DNA of 62,291 nucleotides, counting the filler. It is 4 parts of 4 records of this genome, joined end to end, with 100 filler letters (N's around TTAATTAATTAA, not from the genome) between each part and the next. Parts side by side here need not be neighbours in the genome. Positions count along the whole stretch, not along the records: positions 1 to 25,225 come from SRR31156797_4729; 3 more parts are not named here. One strand, given 5' to 3'. Both the position numbers and the translations under genes were made by a program. Shown here in pieces: positions 1 to 10,121 of this stretch. Within the stretch, counting starts at the first letter, position 1. Each line of letters starts with the position of its first letter. The notes under the pieces are model-generated. The model saw only the letters and a program-made list of their open reading frames with translations. It had not been told where the DNA came from and did not search any database.

Positions 1-122
1 TTTCTTAGTGTTTCTGAGTGAGCTAAGTGACTGAGTGGTTAATGGAAAGAGATTGCCACTAAGACACAAGAACACTAAGATTCACTAAGTTTCTTAACGA
101 TGCGACATTTAATATTACGATG
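1..122. repeat. Imperfect palindromic intergenic repeat, copy 1
   Basis: Four CTnAGTG-like units face four CACTAAG-like units, followed by ATGCGACA-N7-TTACGATG; same layout at 12473-12591. Confidence 0.7.
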
Positions 123-192
123 CTTCAGAATTTCTGAGTTTATGGGGTTCGATTTTCATAACCGCAGAGGCGCGCAAAGAAAATTAAACTGG

Positions 193-981
193 TTATTTCT
201 TTCTTTTCCAGAAAATGATTACGAATCCAACGATGATAAAGGGTAAACTCAGCCACTGGCCCATGTTGAGTGCCATTGTTGTTTCGAAGGCGACCTGGGG
301 TTCCTTTAAAAATTCGATAAAGAAACGCGCCGCGAAAAGCAATACCAGAAATAACCCGAAAATGAATCCCGGTTTTGGTTTCCCATCATTTTTCCAGTAT
401 ATCCAGTGCAACAAAAAGAAAATCCCGAGGTAACTCAGTGCTTCGTATATTTGGGTTGGGTGGCGTGGAATGTCATCGGAAGAAGTAAAAATAAATGCCC
501 AGGGCACGTCGGTGGGGCGGCCAAAAATTTCTGAATTCATCAGGTTTCCAAGCCGGATGAACACTCCGGCAAGAGCCACCACAATCACGATACGATCGAG
601 TGTCCAGAAATAGGTTTTCCCGGTTTTTTTGGAGAATAGCCACAGCGCAAATAAAATCCCGATGGCTGCTCCGTGCGAGGCCAGTCCGCCATTCCAAATC
701 TTCAGGATTTCGATGGGATTACTCAGGTAGTAAGCGGGTTCATAAAATAAAACATGCCCCAAACGTGCACCGATAATGGTGGAAATCACCATATACATGG
801 CCAGCTTATCAAGTATTTTGATGGCTTCTTTTGGATCTTTATATTCATGTTTGAATGCCCTGGCCAAAACCAGGTAGCCAAAAAAGAAAGCCCCGGCAAA
901 AAGCAATCCGTACCAACGCACCGGTAAAATTCCCGGCAAAACTTCCGGGCTCACACTCCATTCGATAAATTGTAGCAACAT
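193..981 (-). CDS. lgt: Prolipoprotein diacylglyceryl transferase
   Basis: RWYGL, GARLGHV, GLASHG, RLGNLMNSE and HPTQIYEA motifs; ATG at 981 preferred. Confidence 0.97.
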   Translation of the reverse strand: MLLQFIEWSVSPEVLPGILPVRWYGLLFAGAFFFGYLVLARAFKHEYKDPKEAIKILDKLAMYMVISTIIGARLGHVLFYEPAYYLSNPIEILKIWNGGLASHGAAIGILFALWLFSKKTGKTYFWTLDRIVIVVALAGVFIRLGNLMNSEIFGRPTDVPWAFIFTSSDDIPRHPTQIYEALSYLGIFFLLHWIYWKNDGKPKPGFIFGLFLVLLFAARFFIEFLKEPQVAFETTMALNMGQWLSLPFIIVGFVIIFWKRKK

Positions 982-997
982 GCGCAAAAAATTTTGG

Positions 998-1005
998 CAA
1001 AGATA
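998..1005 (-). promoter_or_regulatory. Bacteroidota -7 promoter box for lgt
   Basis: TATCTTTG on minus strand matches TAnnTTTG just upstream of the start. Confidence 0.6.
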
Positions 1006-1052
1006 GGGTTTTGGGAAGGAAAACGATTTGGAGGCGATCTAATAGTTGAAAC

Positions 1053-1095
1053 GTTAATTGTTATCTGTTAATAGTTATTGGGTTATTAGTTATTC
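1053..1095. repeat. Degenerate 7-8 nt tandem array (GTTATTN)
   Basis: gttaatt gttatct gttaata gttattgg gttatta gttattc; reverse-complement array at 53651-53691. Confidence 0.55.
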
Positions 1096-1356
1096 CCCAT
1101 ATTCATCCCGAAGTTTTTGGGGTATTCATTTCTTGGGTTAACTGGGATGCTGCACGAAACCAGGTACTGCCAGTTCCACCATTGCGCATAGCCATCAGGC
1201 TAAGGATAATCATCAACTGTAGAATTCAGTATGAGTTCAGGTATTGTAGCAGATGCCAGGAATTGTGGCTAAACAACCCGGTGCGGGTAATACTTGAACA
1301 TTTCACTATGTTTAATAAACCCCAAAAAACGTTTTAAAAAGATCATCAGCCATCAT

Positions 1357-2001
1357 CTAAAGTAATACAGCCAACCCAAGGCTAATCCTGTTAAAAGACA
1401 CACCGAGGACAGAACTTTTTTCTGATATCGGTTCCATCCCCTCTGAAGTTTCTTCGGTTTTGGCGTAAACATAACTTACACTCATAAACTGGGCTTCCAA
1501 TGAAATTTTATTTGTAATCCTGTAACTGATGCCGGGTTGTAATACAGACTGGAAAAGGTTCCCATCCATATCAACAACCTCTTTTTCATCATTATCGTAA
1601 ATTCTGGTTGATTTCCCATTTTCTTTACCATACAAGATTTCGAGATGCAGAAAAAATGAAAGTTTTTCACCGAGGTTAATATGATATCTCGCAAATGGCC
1701 CGATGAGATAGGTGTTGATTTTATTTTCAGAATCGAGCAGGGAATTATTATCATAAGTATTTTCATACTTGTAGTATGAATACGATCCCGTGATACCTGC
1801 TGCAATTTTCGGGGAAAAATAATACCCAACCATTGGTGCAATACCCCAACGAGTTGACTTTCTTGTGCTGTTTTCGTAGTCATCATTTGAACTGTAAAAA
1901 TCCAGCACACCACCCACCAGGACTTTTTTGTTTAAATCCTGAGCGATGGAAAACAGACCGCACGAAAGTAAAATTGCAAGTAACAAAATTGATTTTTTCA
2001 T
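1357..2001 (-). CDS. Outer-membrane beta-barrel protein (small porin family)
   Basis: Signal peptide ending SIA-Q, amphipathic aromatic-rich strands (GPFARYH, PGISY). Confidence 0.8.
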   Translation of the reverse strand: MKKSILLLAILLSCGLFSIAQDLNKKVLVGGVLDFYSSNDDYENSTRKSTRWGIAPMVGYYFSPKIAAGITGSYSYYKYENTYDNNSLLDSENKINTYLIGPFARYHINLGEKLSFFLHLEILYGKENGKSTRIYDNDEKEVVDMDGNLFQSVLQPGISYRITNKISLEAQFMSVSYVYAKTEETSEGMEPISEKSSVLGVSFNRISLGLAVLL

Positions 2002-2207
2002 AACAATAAGTTTTTAAATGAAATGTAATGAACTAAGGCTTTAGATTCCTTTGGTTTTGATTTTTTTATATGGCGCCCTTTAAACAATTATTGAGCCGAA
2101 GCCTGTAAAATCTATTAATTTGTTTTCGCCTCAAAATTGCTCCGGATTTTTACAGGGATTCAGGAGAATGAAAAATTCAGTACTTTAGCTCAAAATCAAA
2201 TTTCCCG

Positions 2208-3302
2208 ATGTTACTTTATCAAATAGGATTAACGTTACTACCCGGTGTTGGAGATGTGCTGGGAAAAAAGCTGGTGGCATATTGCGGAGGCGTGGAAGCC
2301 GTTTTTAAACAAAAGAAAAACACCCTGGAGAAAATCCCGGGGATTGGGCAGAAGCTGGTGAATGCAATCCTTTCGCAAAATGTGCTGGTGCGTGCTGAGG
2401 AGGAAATCAAATTCATTGAGGACAACAACATCATCACCCTGTTTTACCTGGAGAAGAAATATCCTGCCCGATTGAAAAACTGTGTCGATAGCCCCATCAT
2501 GCTATACCTGAAGGGCAATGTGGATTTGAATGCACAAAAAGTCATCAGTGTTGTGGGAACCCGAAAAGCCACAGAATACGGTAAGGAAATATGTGAAAAG
2601 ATCGTTCGTGACCTGAAAGCGCAAAATGTGCTGGTTGTGAGTGGGCTGGCTTATGGCATAGATACCTGTGCACATAAAGCTTCGCTGGACAACAACCTGA
2701 AAACCGTGGCTGTGCTGGGGCATGGGCTGGACCGGATATATCCTTACCTGAACACTTCCCTGTCTAACAAAATCATGGATCATGGCGGGTTGCTTTCCGA
2801 ATTTATTTCTAAAACAAAACCGGATCGTGAAAATTTTCCCAAAAGAAATCGCATCATCGCGGGATTGGCCGATGGAACCCTGGTGGTGGAAGCTGCAAAA
2901 TCCGGCGGTGCGCTGATCACAGCCAACATTGCCAATTCTTATAACAGGGATGTTTTTAGTATTCCCGGACGTGTTGGCGATGTCTGGTCGGAAGGATGTA
3001 ATCATCTGATCAAAACCAACCAGGCACATTTGGTGCAATCCGCCCAGGATCTTTCTTATATCATGGGCTGGCAAAGGGCCAACGAAGTGAAACCCAAAAT
3101 CCAGCGGGAGTTGTTTATTGAACTGGCGCCTGAGGAAGAAAAAATTACGGATGTGCTCCGCATGGAAGATACCATGGCCATAGATGATATCTGCCTGAAA
3201 ACAGAAATGCCCACCAGCAAGGTGGCCGCCACACTGCTCAACCTGGAGTTTCAGGGGTTGGTGCGGGCATTGCCTGGAAAGGTTTTTAAGCTTGAGATGT
3301 GA
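2208..3302 (+). CDS. dprA: DNA processing protein DprA
   Basis: VVGTR, VSGLAYGID, FPKRNRIIAG, SGALITA motifs and C-terminal winged helix. Confidence 0.97.
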   Translation: MLLYQIGLTLLPGVGDVLGKKLVAYCGGVEAVFKQKKNTLEKIPGIGQKLVNAILSQNVLVRAEEEIKFIEDNNIITLFYLEKKYPARLKNCVDSPIMLYLKGNVDLNAQKVISVVGTRKATEYGKEICEKIVRDLKAQNVLVVSGLAYGIDTCAHKASLDNNLKTVAVLGHGLDRIYPYLNTSLSNKIMDHGGLLSEFISKTKPDRENFPKRNRIIAGLADGTLVVEAAKSGGALITANIANSYNRDVFSIPGRVGDVWSEGCNHLIKTNQAHLVQSAQDLSYIMGWQRANEVKPKIQRELFIELAPEEEKITDVLRMEDTMAIDDICLKTEMPTSKVAATLLNLEFQGLVRALPGKVFKLEM

Positions 3303-3486
3303 AAGAAATTGGGTTATTCGAAAATGGTAAATCTTTAATCTTGTTTTCCTGATCCTGAATTACCCTGTGTTTTATTAACCTATTTTCATTTCGGAAACCC
3401 ACCAGTGAATAAAAACCTGCCTTTCTTGGTCATAACCAGTCTTGGATTAAAGTCACCCCTTAAATTATTTTGATGCTAGGATTATC

Positions 3487-3552
3487 CTTTGCGTCTTCCC
3501 GCCTTTGCGGACTAGCATTTTAAATAACCGCTAAGTCGCAAAGCTCGCAAAG
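3487..3552. repeat. Imperfect palindromic repeat of CTTTGCG/CGCAAAG units
   Basis: ctttgcg...ctttgcgg faces ccgctaag-tcgcaaag-ctcgcaaag. Confidence 0.5.
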
Positions 3553-3604
3553 CAGGAAATCGGGCCCATTGATTTCTCATTTGGCGCTGGAATCAAAGGT
3601 GATT

Positions 3605-3637
3605 AAAAAAACCCTGCCAAATGAATGACAGGGTTTT
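3605..3637 (-). terminator. Intrinsic terminator after the large T9SS gene
   Basis: AAAACCCTG...CAGGGTTTT stem with U-tract on minus strand. Confidence 0.75.
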
Positions 3638-3669
3638 AAAACCTAAAAACCTAACGTTTATGAACAGAC

Positions 3670-6600
3670 CTATTTAACGATGAGTTTCGTAATCTTGTTA
3701 AACTGGTCTGAATCAACTTTTACAAAATATATTCCTGATCCCAGGCTACTGATGTTCAGTGTTGCCTGAGCTTCTTCCATGCGGGTTTCCATTACCACAT
3801 TTCCTTTGGTGTCGATAATGGTAACCAAAGTAGTGCTGAATTGCTCAGCATTGATGCTGATCATGATCTGATCGGTAGCAGGATTTGGATAGAGTTCAAC
3901 TTCACCTGCAACAGCATTGCCGATTCCGGTTACACCAAGTGTTGTTGACTTAACTACCGAGAGGCTCTCGGTGTAATATGTACCTGAAGCATTCTCAAAG
4001 CTGAAATCCCACTCAACATGCATGAGGTATTCTTCACCGGTTTTGGTTCTGATAACACGGAATGTGATGTTTTCGCCTTCTGTAAAACCATCTTTTTCCA
4101 TGGTGGTAACATCATCACCAACAAGCATCATTGCGTTGCTTTGTGAAGTATTACTAATTTCCATGTATCCGCAAAGCTGGTTGTTTTGGTCGAAAGCACC
4201 AACAATATCACCAGAATTCAGTTCGGTGATTGCCTCAGCAGGGAATGCCACCACCTGTGATGCAGGTGTTAGGATGATCTGTCCCCAGGGGGTTTCCATG
4301 GTATTCACCTGGTTGTAAGATGTTGGTTCTGTTCTGCCTTCGCAAACCGGGAAGTTCAGTGTTACAGGATTTGCAACCTTGATCTTATACGCTTTACCCG
4401 GGAGTAATGTTTCGAGCGAATAAACATTCAATTCAGGCCAGAATACCTGTGAGCCAATCAGGTCCTGAACAATAATGATGTCATCAATAACACCTTCGAA
4501 AAGGGTCATGGCATCTACGTCACATTCACTGGCTACCGGCAGGTAGTACCAGCCGGCATTTTCAAGCACGAGTTCGCCGGATACAAAGTCAGCACCGCAA
4601 ATCTCCATCGGAGTTTCTTCGGTAACTTTCAGTGCATAACCTGAGTTGTTGTTGAAATTGATCATGGTATTGAGGTTTTCCTCTGGCCAGTAAACCTGTG
4701 ACAGGTTGCGGATAATGGTGAGGTTGTTCACCATTGGAGCAAACATATCCTCTACATTCGGATTGTTAGGAACGATGTAACTTGAGAGGCTGTTCCAACC
4801 CTGTGAGAAGGTGTAGTACTGGCAGTACATTACCTCAAGTGAAAGCAATGCTGAAAGGCCAAAGTCAGCAAATTGACTCTGGTTTGGTTTTTCAGGATCG
4901 TAAGTAGCACCGGCAGGATATTCTTCCCAATCACTGCAGGTATGCATTCTCCAACGGAAAGTTTCACCAGCTGCAAAACCATCTTTTTCATCAGTAGTCG
5001 GGTCATCGCCATAAGCATTTACAACAGCACCACCTGTACCAAACGGGCCACCCCATTCGCCGGCACCACCGCAAACCTCGCTACCTTCATCATCCAGGTA
5101 GAATACACCAACCCAGTCGCCGTTTTCGAGCGGTTCGCCAAAGATGTTTACATCTGCACCGGCAGGAATACTGATGGTGTGTACCTGAGCGGTTTGGATA
5201 TATGTCCATGGATTTTCGCAGGGCAGGTCCGGATCGTGAACGATTGGCATTGAGAAAGCGGCTTCAGAGGTACCCGTGGTGTAAACAGTTTGAACACCAT
5301 ATGTGTAACCTTCGGCTGGTTGTGGCCAGTCGCCATCAAAATATTCGTTGCCCATTACAGGCTCGCTGTTGATAGGCTCCCAACTTTCCCAGTTGTTGAT
5401 ATCAGCATAAGGTCCGAGGAAGATGTTATAACCGTCGTTGGTGCGTGTTGCTTCAGGAGCAGCATTTACAATATCCACATCAATCTGGAAAGTAAAATCC
5501 AAACCTGGAATTTCTTCGGAAAGTAAATAGGGTGCTTCACCAGGATACATAATATAAGCGAAGTTGATTCCTTCCTCCCAGGCATCAGCTGCAAGATAAT
5601 CAGTAAATTCGAGATTCATACCATCCCAATAAGCCATAGCATAAAACTGTCCGCCTTCAAATGTAATGTTTGGAACATCAACTACTGTCCAGCCATCGTG
5701 TACAGTTTCGAACCGTTCACTTGAATAGAAAACGTTTCCATCAAGGTCAACAAGATCAAGTCTAACTGTATCAGAAGTTTCGCCATACTGAGCCCAATAC
5801 AGTGAAACCTGAGTAATGGTTCCCGGCTCCATTTCATAAATGTTACCCAGCCATACTTCCTCACCAAGTTCGGCAGTATAGCCATTATTGATATAATAAT
5901 CCCATGTTAATGTGCTGGCAACACCATCCAGTGGGGCATTCCAGGTGACCTGCACAGTTCCGGGATTGGTTTGCACGGCCTGTGTGTAGAAAGGACTTGT
6001 TTTAAGTTCTGTAAGGTACAGGGTGTAAAGGTTGTAGTCAACATCACCAACTGCAACATTTGTGTTGGTGTAAATTTGATAACCAGGGAAGGTAGCCATA
6101 ACGGTATATGTTTTGTCTCCATAAACATTTTCGAAGGAAAAATTACCTTCTGCATCCGTGGTGGTTGTATAGTTTTCGTATCCGGTTAAGGTAACTTCAA
6201 CACCTTCAAGGCCCAGCGAGTAATTATCATTGCCAACCACATTACCATAAACCATTACCTGAGGCAGTGGTTCCATGTTAAAGTTAAGGATGTTGTTTGC
6301 ATCCTCAAAAAGTACAATACTCTGGTCATTGTCGTAATAGCCAAACTCGGTTGCTCTAATCAGGTTTTCCCATGCAAGCAGGCCTGTAAAGCTGTAAGAA
6401 CCATCAGCAGCAGAATACGCTTCATTGTCAAACCCTACCACTTCAACCTTAATGTCTTCAAACGGAGCAGCGTTCTCGTCGTAAACAAAGCCTGAAAGAT
6501 TCGCCGTCCCAACATCTCCAATGTAGAATGAGGTTTGTGGAGTAAAGGGCCTCCAGACAAGATTTGGGTTTGAACCGATTGTTTTGGGATCAAGTGGTGG

Positions 6601-9600
6601 ATCATACGATGTTGCATAAGCCACTGTACTATCAGGCACAGGACCATGGCTGGTTCCTACCCACTGAACACCCTGGTACCAGTCATTAGAATAAGGCTTA
6701 AAGAATAACACACATAGGTTTCCTCCCTGGTAATCATAAGGTGCGAGGAATGGAATGTATAATTGCTGGTTAAGTCCCATCTGCAAATCAATGGTAGCTT
6801 CTGCAACTTTAATAAGTTCTGTGCCATTAATGAAACCATTGGTCAAATCATCTTCTTCGGTTTCGCCAACCCATATTTCGATTGGAGCGCCCAGGGTTGG
6901 TGCTGTATTATAGTTGTTGAATACGTAAGAAATACCTGTAATGAAACCGGTTACATCGGTTGGGTTGATCATCTCAGCAGGATAAATAACTTCACTGATG
7001 GTTGATGGTTGCCCAAGCTGACTGGGAATGTCATAGTTTTCGTCTGTTCCTTCGGCAACAGTAACAATGGTTGTTCCATTAACCTGCACATAAACCGGAC
7101 GAATTATAGACATGTCGTTGTCTGGCTTTTGATCGGAGGGAAGGTCAACCACAGCATAAACTTCGGTAGGTCCGATATGATCGAAAGTAACAGAAAGGGT
7201 ATGCGTTTTAACCTGTGTTGGATTGGCTGCAATACCGGGTACAGATGCCATTTCAACATCGCCATCATCGGTAACCTGCATAATCTTAACAGTATAATCA
7301 CCATCAGCCATTGCAATAAGACCATTGTTCTGAACGGATACCTCAAAATTAACAGGCTCATTTTTTGAAGGTGTTGGGAATGGATTGAACTCAACCATCT
7401 TCATATCATAATCGTAGTAGAAATACTCGATGCCGGCACCCATTACCTCATCGATATTTATTTCAGAACCCCATGACCAGGCAACATCACCTACGTTAAC
7501 AAAGCCAAGATAATTATTACCGGCTGCTGCGGAAACATCCACCTGGAATTGGATGAATTGTGAGGAAAATGCCAGATCAATATATTCGATCAACTGCACT
7601 TCACCTGTCTCACCATTTTTCCAAACAACTTTCAGGTTACCAGGCCACCAGTTAGATGTCTTAGCCCAGAAAGATATAAAGTCACCATCATGCATTGTAA
7701 GTTGTGGTGTCCACAAGGTGTCTTCATTAAACGTTTCGACATATGACATTGCACTTGCACCGGAGTAACCCCATTCATTACCAGTCCAGGATATACCAGG
7801 AGTCCAGTCGTCCGGTGGGAAGTATCCATCGTCAAAACTCTCCACAAACCAACCATTCAGCCATACAAATGTTTCGAGTGACATCTCGTTGTCGTCACCT
7901 TCACCTGAGTCTTCAGGTAAAGCCGCTTTGAGTACTACATCACCTGATTCAGCAAATACATGTACATAAGTTACGGTAGCCGATTCGGTTGGGGCAACAT
8001 CACCATCAGTGGTTGCGGTTCCAACAGGGACGTCATCCACATAGAAAGTAACGGTTTTGGTTTGTGCAACAGCACCAATATTGCGCACAGTTGCAGAGAA
8101 TGTGATATCCTGCTCGGTAAATACCAGCGTGGGATCAATATGAAAATCGGTCATTTCGAAGTCATCATCTTCCTGTGTATAGCATTCAACCAGTGCTGTC
8201 CAGCCTTCCGGGAACGGGGGGTTTGTTATCCAGCTAGGCGCCTGGTATCTGATTGTCATTGCTCCTGTTTCACCAAGTGCTTTCAGGATCTCGGGTTTTA
8301 TGCCGTAATCTCTCCAGTCGTTTTGTGTCCACTCACCCAATAAAGGTGAATTTACATCCGGGCCATCAAATACCTGGAAAGGCTTTATGCCACCTGTTGG
8401 ATGTGAAATATCCCATACACCAAAGAAATCGAGTTTGATTTTCTTGCCGGCTTCAGGGATGAAAGTAACAACACCATTGTTGCTGGCCATGATTGGCCCA
8501 TCAACACCACCCATATCTGTAAATGTACCTGAACAGGCTGTAATTTCTATGGTATCGTTGTTAACCATTTGGTGGATAGCACCATAATTGGTAACATCAA
8601 TTGAGATTTCATTGTTTGCGGGCTGCTCATCACCACTAAGCATGGTTTGGCAGGCAATGGTATGGAAACCGGTTGCTGAAAGATCGGCAGTAGCTGTAAA
8701 AGTATAGTCAGCAGTACTCTCAGGACCAATTTCTAATGCGCCAACATTTTCTACAACCCATAAGCCGCCGTCAACCTGGAAGCCTACATCAAATCCGGTT
8801 TGGGTATTGTTACCCTGGTTTTTAATGGTCATAGTAACGGTTTCGGTTGCTGTAAGCACGCCAGTTTCAGGGCTTACAATTGCCACTGTTGCAATGTCAT
8901 TATCGTAAGCTTCACCATAAAATGCAAACCTCAGGTCTAAATAATTGCCAAAAGGAGTCACAACATTACTTGGTGTCCAGTCTATCCAACTGCCCGGAAA
9001 ACCGCCACCCGGGTTACGCCAGTACCAAACTTCCCGGTTTTCGTTGGTTTTATCCTGCCAGCCCCATTGCCCAACTTTGTCGTAGCTGTCATGAATCTGG
9101 AAACTGATCCAGTAACTTCCTTCAGTAAAGTTAATGGGTGTTGGAAATGTAAAGTTATAGTAGCTTTCATGTTCGTCACCGGTAAACCATTCTTCGGCAT
9201 AAAAATCAGTCTGCTCACTGTACCCATCAATCAGAGCACCAGGCATACCACCATCGTCTTCATAAATGGCTACATTGATCTTTTCAGGATTCCCTGCTGA
9301 TTCGGGCCACCAGGTACCCCAAACGCCAAAAGACCCTACGGTCCAGGTTTCGCCTTCAGGAACTTCAAAGTCGTCGGCAGCCTCACTAATGAATTCGGCA
9401 CTTGCTGTATCAGTGAATTGCTGTGATACGATATAGCCACCGTATTCTTCATCAGTGGACTGATCATAAACGATGTCGCCAAAACGCATATTTAATGTGT
9501 GTTGGCTTGGCTTTTCGGATTGCTCTCCATATAAGCCTCGTTGAGCCATGGTATGGAGTGTAAAACCCATACCCAGCATTAAAACAATTAATAAATAAAA

Positions 9601-9609
9601 CTTTCTCAT
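3670..9609 (-). CDS. 1979-aa T9SS-secreted multidomain surface protein (CUB-like, CARDB/Ig-like, carboxypeptidase-regulatory-like, FN3-like, CTD)
   Basis: Signal peptide, acidic beta-rich modules, C-terminal LYPNPA...SGIYFVKV...KLIVK sorting domain. Confidence 0.88.
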   Translation of the reverse strand: MRKFYLLIVLMLGMGFTLHTMAQRGLYGEQSEKPSQHTLNMRFGDIVYDQSTDEEYGGYIVSQQFTDTASAEFISEAADDFEVPEGETWTVGSFGVWGTWWPESAGNPEKINVAIYEDDGGMPGALIDGYSEQTDFYAEEWFTGDEHESYYNFTFPTPINFTEGSYWISFQIHDSYDKVGQWGWQDKTNENREVWYWRNPGGGFPGSWIDWTPSNVVTPFGNYLDLRFAFYGEAYDNDIATVAIVSPETGVLTATETVTMTIKNQGNNTQTGFDVGFQVDGGLWVVENVGALEIGPESTADYTFTATADLSATGFHTIACQTMLSGDEQPANNEISIDVTNYGAIHQMVNNDTIEITACSGTFTDMGGVDGPIMASNNGVVTFIPEAGKKIKLDFFGVWDISHPTGGIKPFQVFDGPDVNSPLLGEWTQNDWRDYGIKPEILKALGETGAMTIRYQAPSWITNPPFPEGWTALVECYTQEDDDFEMTDFHIDPTLVFTEQDITFSATVRNIGAVAQTKTVTFYVDDVPVGTATTDGDVAPTESATVTYVHVFAESGDVVLKAALPEDSGEGDDNEMSLETFVWLNGWFVESFDDGYFPPDDWTPGISWTGNEWGYSGASAMSYVETFNEDTLWTPQLTMHDGDFISFWAKTSNWWPGNLKVVWKNGETGEVQLIEYIDLAFSSQFIQFQVDVSAAAGNNYLGFVNVGDVAWSWGSEINIDEVMGAGIEYFYYDYDMKMVEFNPFPTPSKNEPVNFEVSVQNNGLIAMADGDYTVKIMQVTDDGDVEMASVPGIAANPTQVKTHTLSVTFDHIGPTEVYAVVDLPSDQKPDNDMSIIRPVYVQVNGTTIVTVAEGTDENYDIPSQLGQPSTISEVIYPAEMINPTDVTGFITGISYVFNNYNTAPTLGAPIEIWVGETEEDDLTNGFINGTELIKVAEATIDLQMGLNQQLYIPFLAPYDYQGGNLCVLFFKPYSNDWYQGVQWVGTSHGPVPDSTVAYATSYDPPLDPKTIGSNPNLVWRPFTPQTSFYIGDVGTANLSGFVYDENAAPFEDIKVEVVGFDNEAYSAADGSYSFTGLLAWENLIRATEFGYYDNDQSIVLFEDANNILNFNMEPLPQVMVYGNVVGNDNYSLGLEGVEVTLTGYENYTTTTDAEGNFSFENVYGDKTYTVMATFPGYQIYTNTNVAVGDVDYNLYTLYLTELKTSPFYTQAVQTNPGTVQVTWNAPLDGVASTLTWDYYINNGYTAELGEEVWLGNIYEMEPGTITQVSLYWAQYGETSDTVRLDLVDLDGNVFYSSERFETVHDGWTVVDVPNITFEGGQFYAMAYWDGMNLEFTDYLAADAWEEGINFAYIMYPGEAPYLLSEEIPGLDFTFQIDVDIVNAAPEATRTNDGYNIFLGPYADINNWESWEPINSEPVMGNEYFDGDWPQPAEGYTYGVQTVYTTGTSEAAFSMPIVHDPDLPCENPWTYIQTAQVHTISIPAGADVNIFGEPLENGDWVGVFYLDDEGSEVCGGAGEWGGPFGTGGAVVNAYGDDPTTDEKDGFAAGETFRWRMHTCSDWEEYPAGATYDPEKPNQSQFADFGLSALLSLEVMYCQYYTFSQGWNSLSSYIVPNNPNVEDMFAPMVNNLTIIRNLSQVYWPEENLNTMINFNNNSGYALKVTEETPMEICGADFVSGELVLENAGWYYLPVASECDVDAMTLFEGVIDDIIIVQDLIGSQVFWPELNVYSLETLLPGKAYKIKVANPVTLNFPVCEGRTEPTSYNQVNTMETPWGQIILTPASQVVAFPAEAITELNSGDIVGAFDQNNQLCGYMEISNTSQSNAMMLVGDDVTTMEKDGFTEGENITFRVIRTKTGEEYLMHVEWDFSFENASGTYYTESLSVVKSTTLGVTGIGNAVAGEVELYPNPATDQIMISINAEQFSTTLVTIIDTKGNVVMETRMEEAQATLNISSLGSGIYFVKVDSDQFNKITKLIVK

Positions 9610-9611
9610 AA

Positions 9612-9770
9612 TTAATCTCCGTTTTTGTTAATATTGAGTGACTTAAGTATCTTTTTATAAGCTTCTGATTTCGTTTTGGAATCTTCAATCAGCTTTTTCA
9701 AAGTCTCCTCGGGATTTTTCTCCCGGCCCTTCTTTTTAGATTTGTCGTTATGTTTTCTTTCCGCTGACAT
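9612..9770 (-). CDS. Small charged hypothetical protein, 52 aa (not in ORF track)
   Basis: ATG 9770 to TAA 9612, MSAERKHNDKSKKKGREKNPEETLKKLIEDSKTKSEAYKKILKSLNINKNGD; stop lies 2 nt before the next ATG. Confidence 0.55.
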   Translation of the reverse strand: MSAERKHNDKSKKKGREKNPEETLKKLIEDSKTKSEAYKKILKSLNINKNGD

Positions 9771-10121
9771 CAATAATTATTTAGATGCTGCAAATAAAAG
9801 GGATGGACACAGGGCTTTACAAATTCAAACAGTTACAAAACATCTACTTTTATAAATGTGAGGCTTACAAAACATAGTTACCCCCCTTACATTTACCATA
9901 CAAGACACTGAAAAACATTGATAAACAGCGATTTAAAAACTTATAATTTGGTGTGGATAAATGCTGGTTGTAACGCGGTTTTAGTTCAAATAATGGGATT
10001 CATTGATCAAAAACCTTAAAAGAACCGGATCTGTATTTAAAAAATTAAGGTCTGTTAACAAAATGTGCGATATGCAACATGATAAACGCTTAAAATTACC
10101 TCCGGTTTGGCCGGATAAAAC

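Noticed and set aside
1100-1320. Coding-looking intergenic stretch between lgt and the beta-barrel gene
   Set aside because: The minus-strand frame I read is broken by two TAG stops and I recognise no family; a pseudogene call cannot be supported
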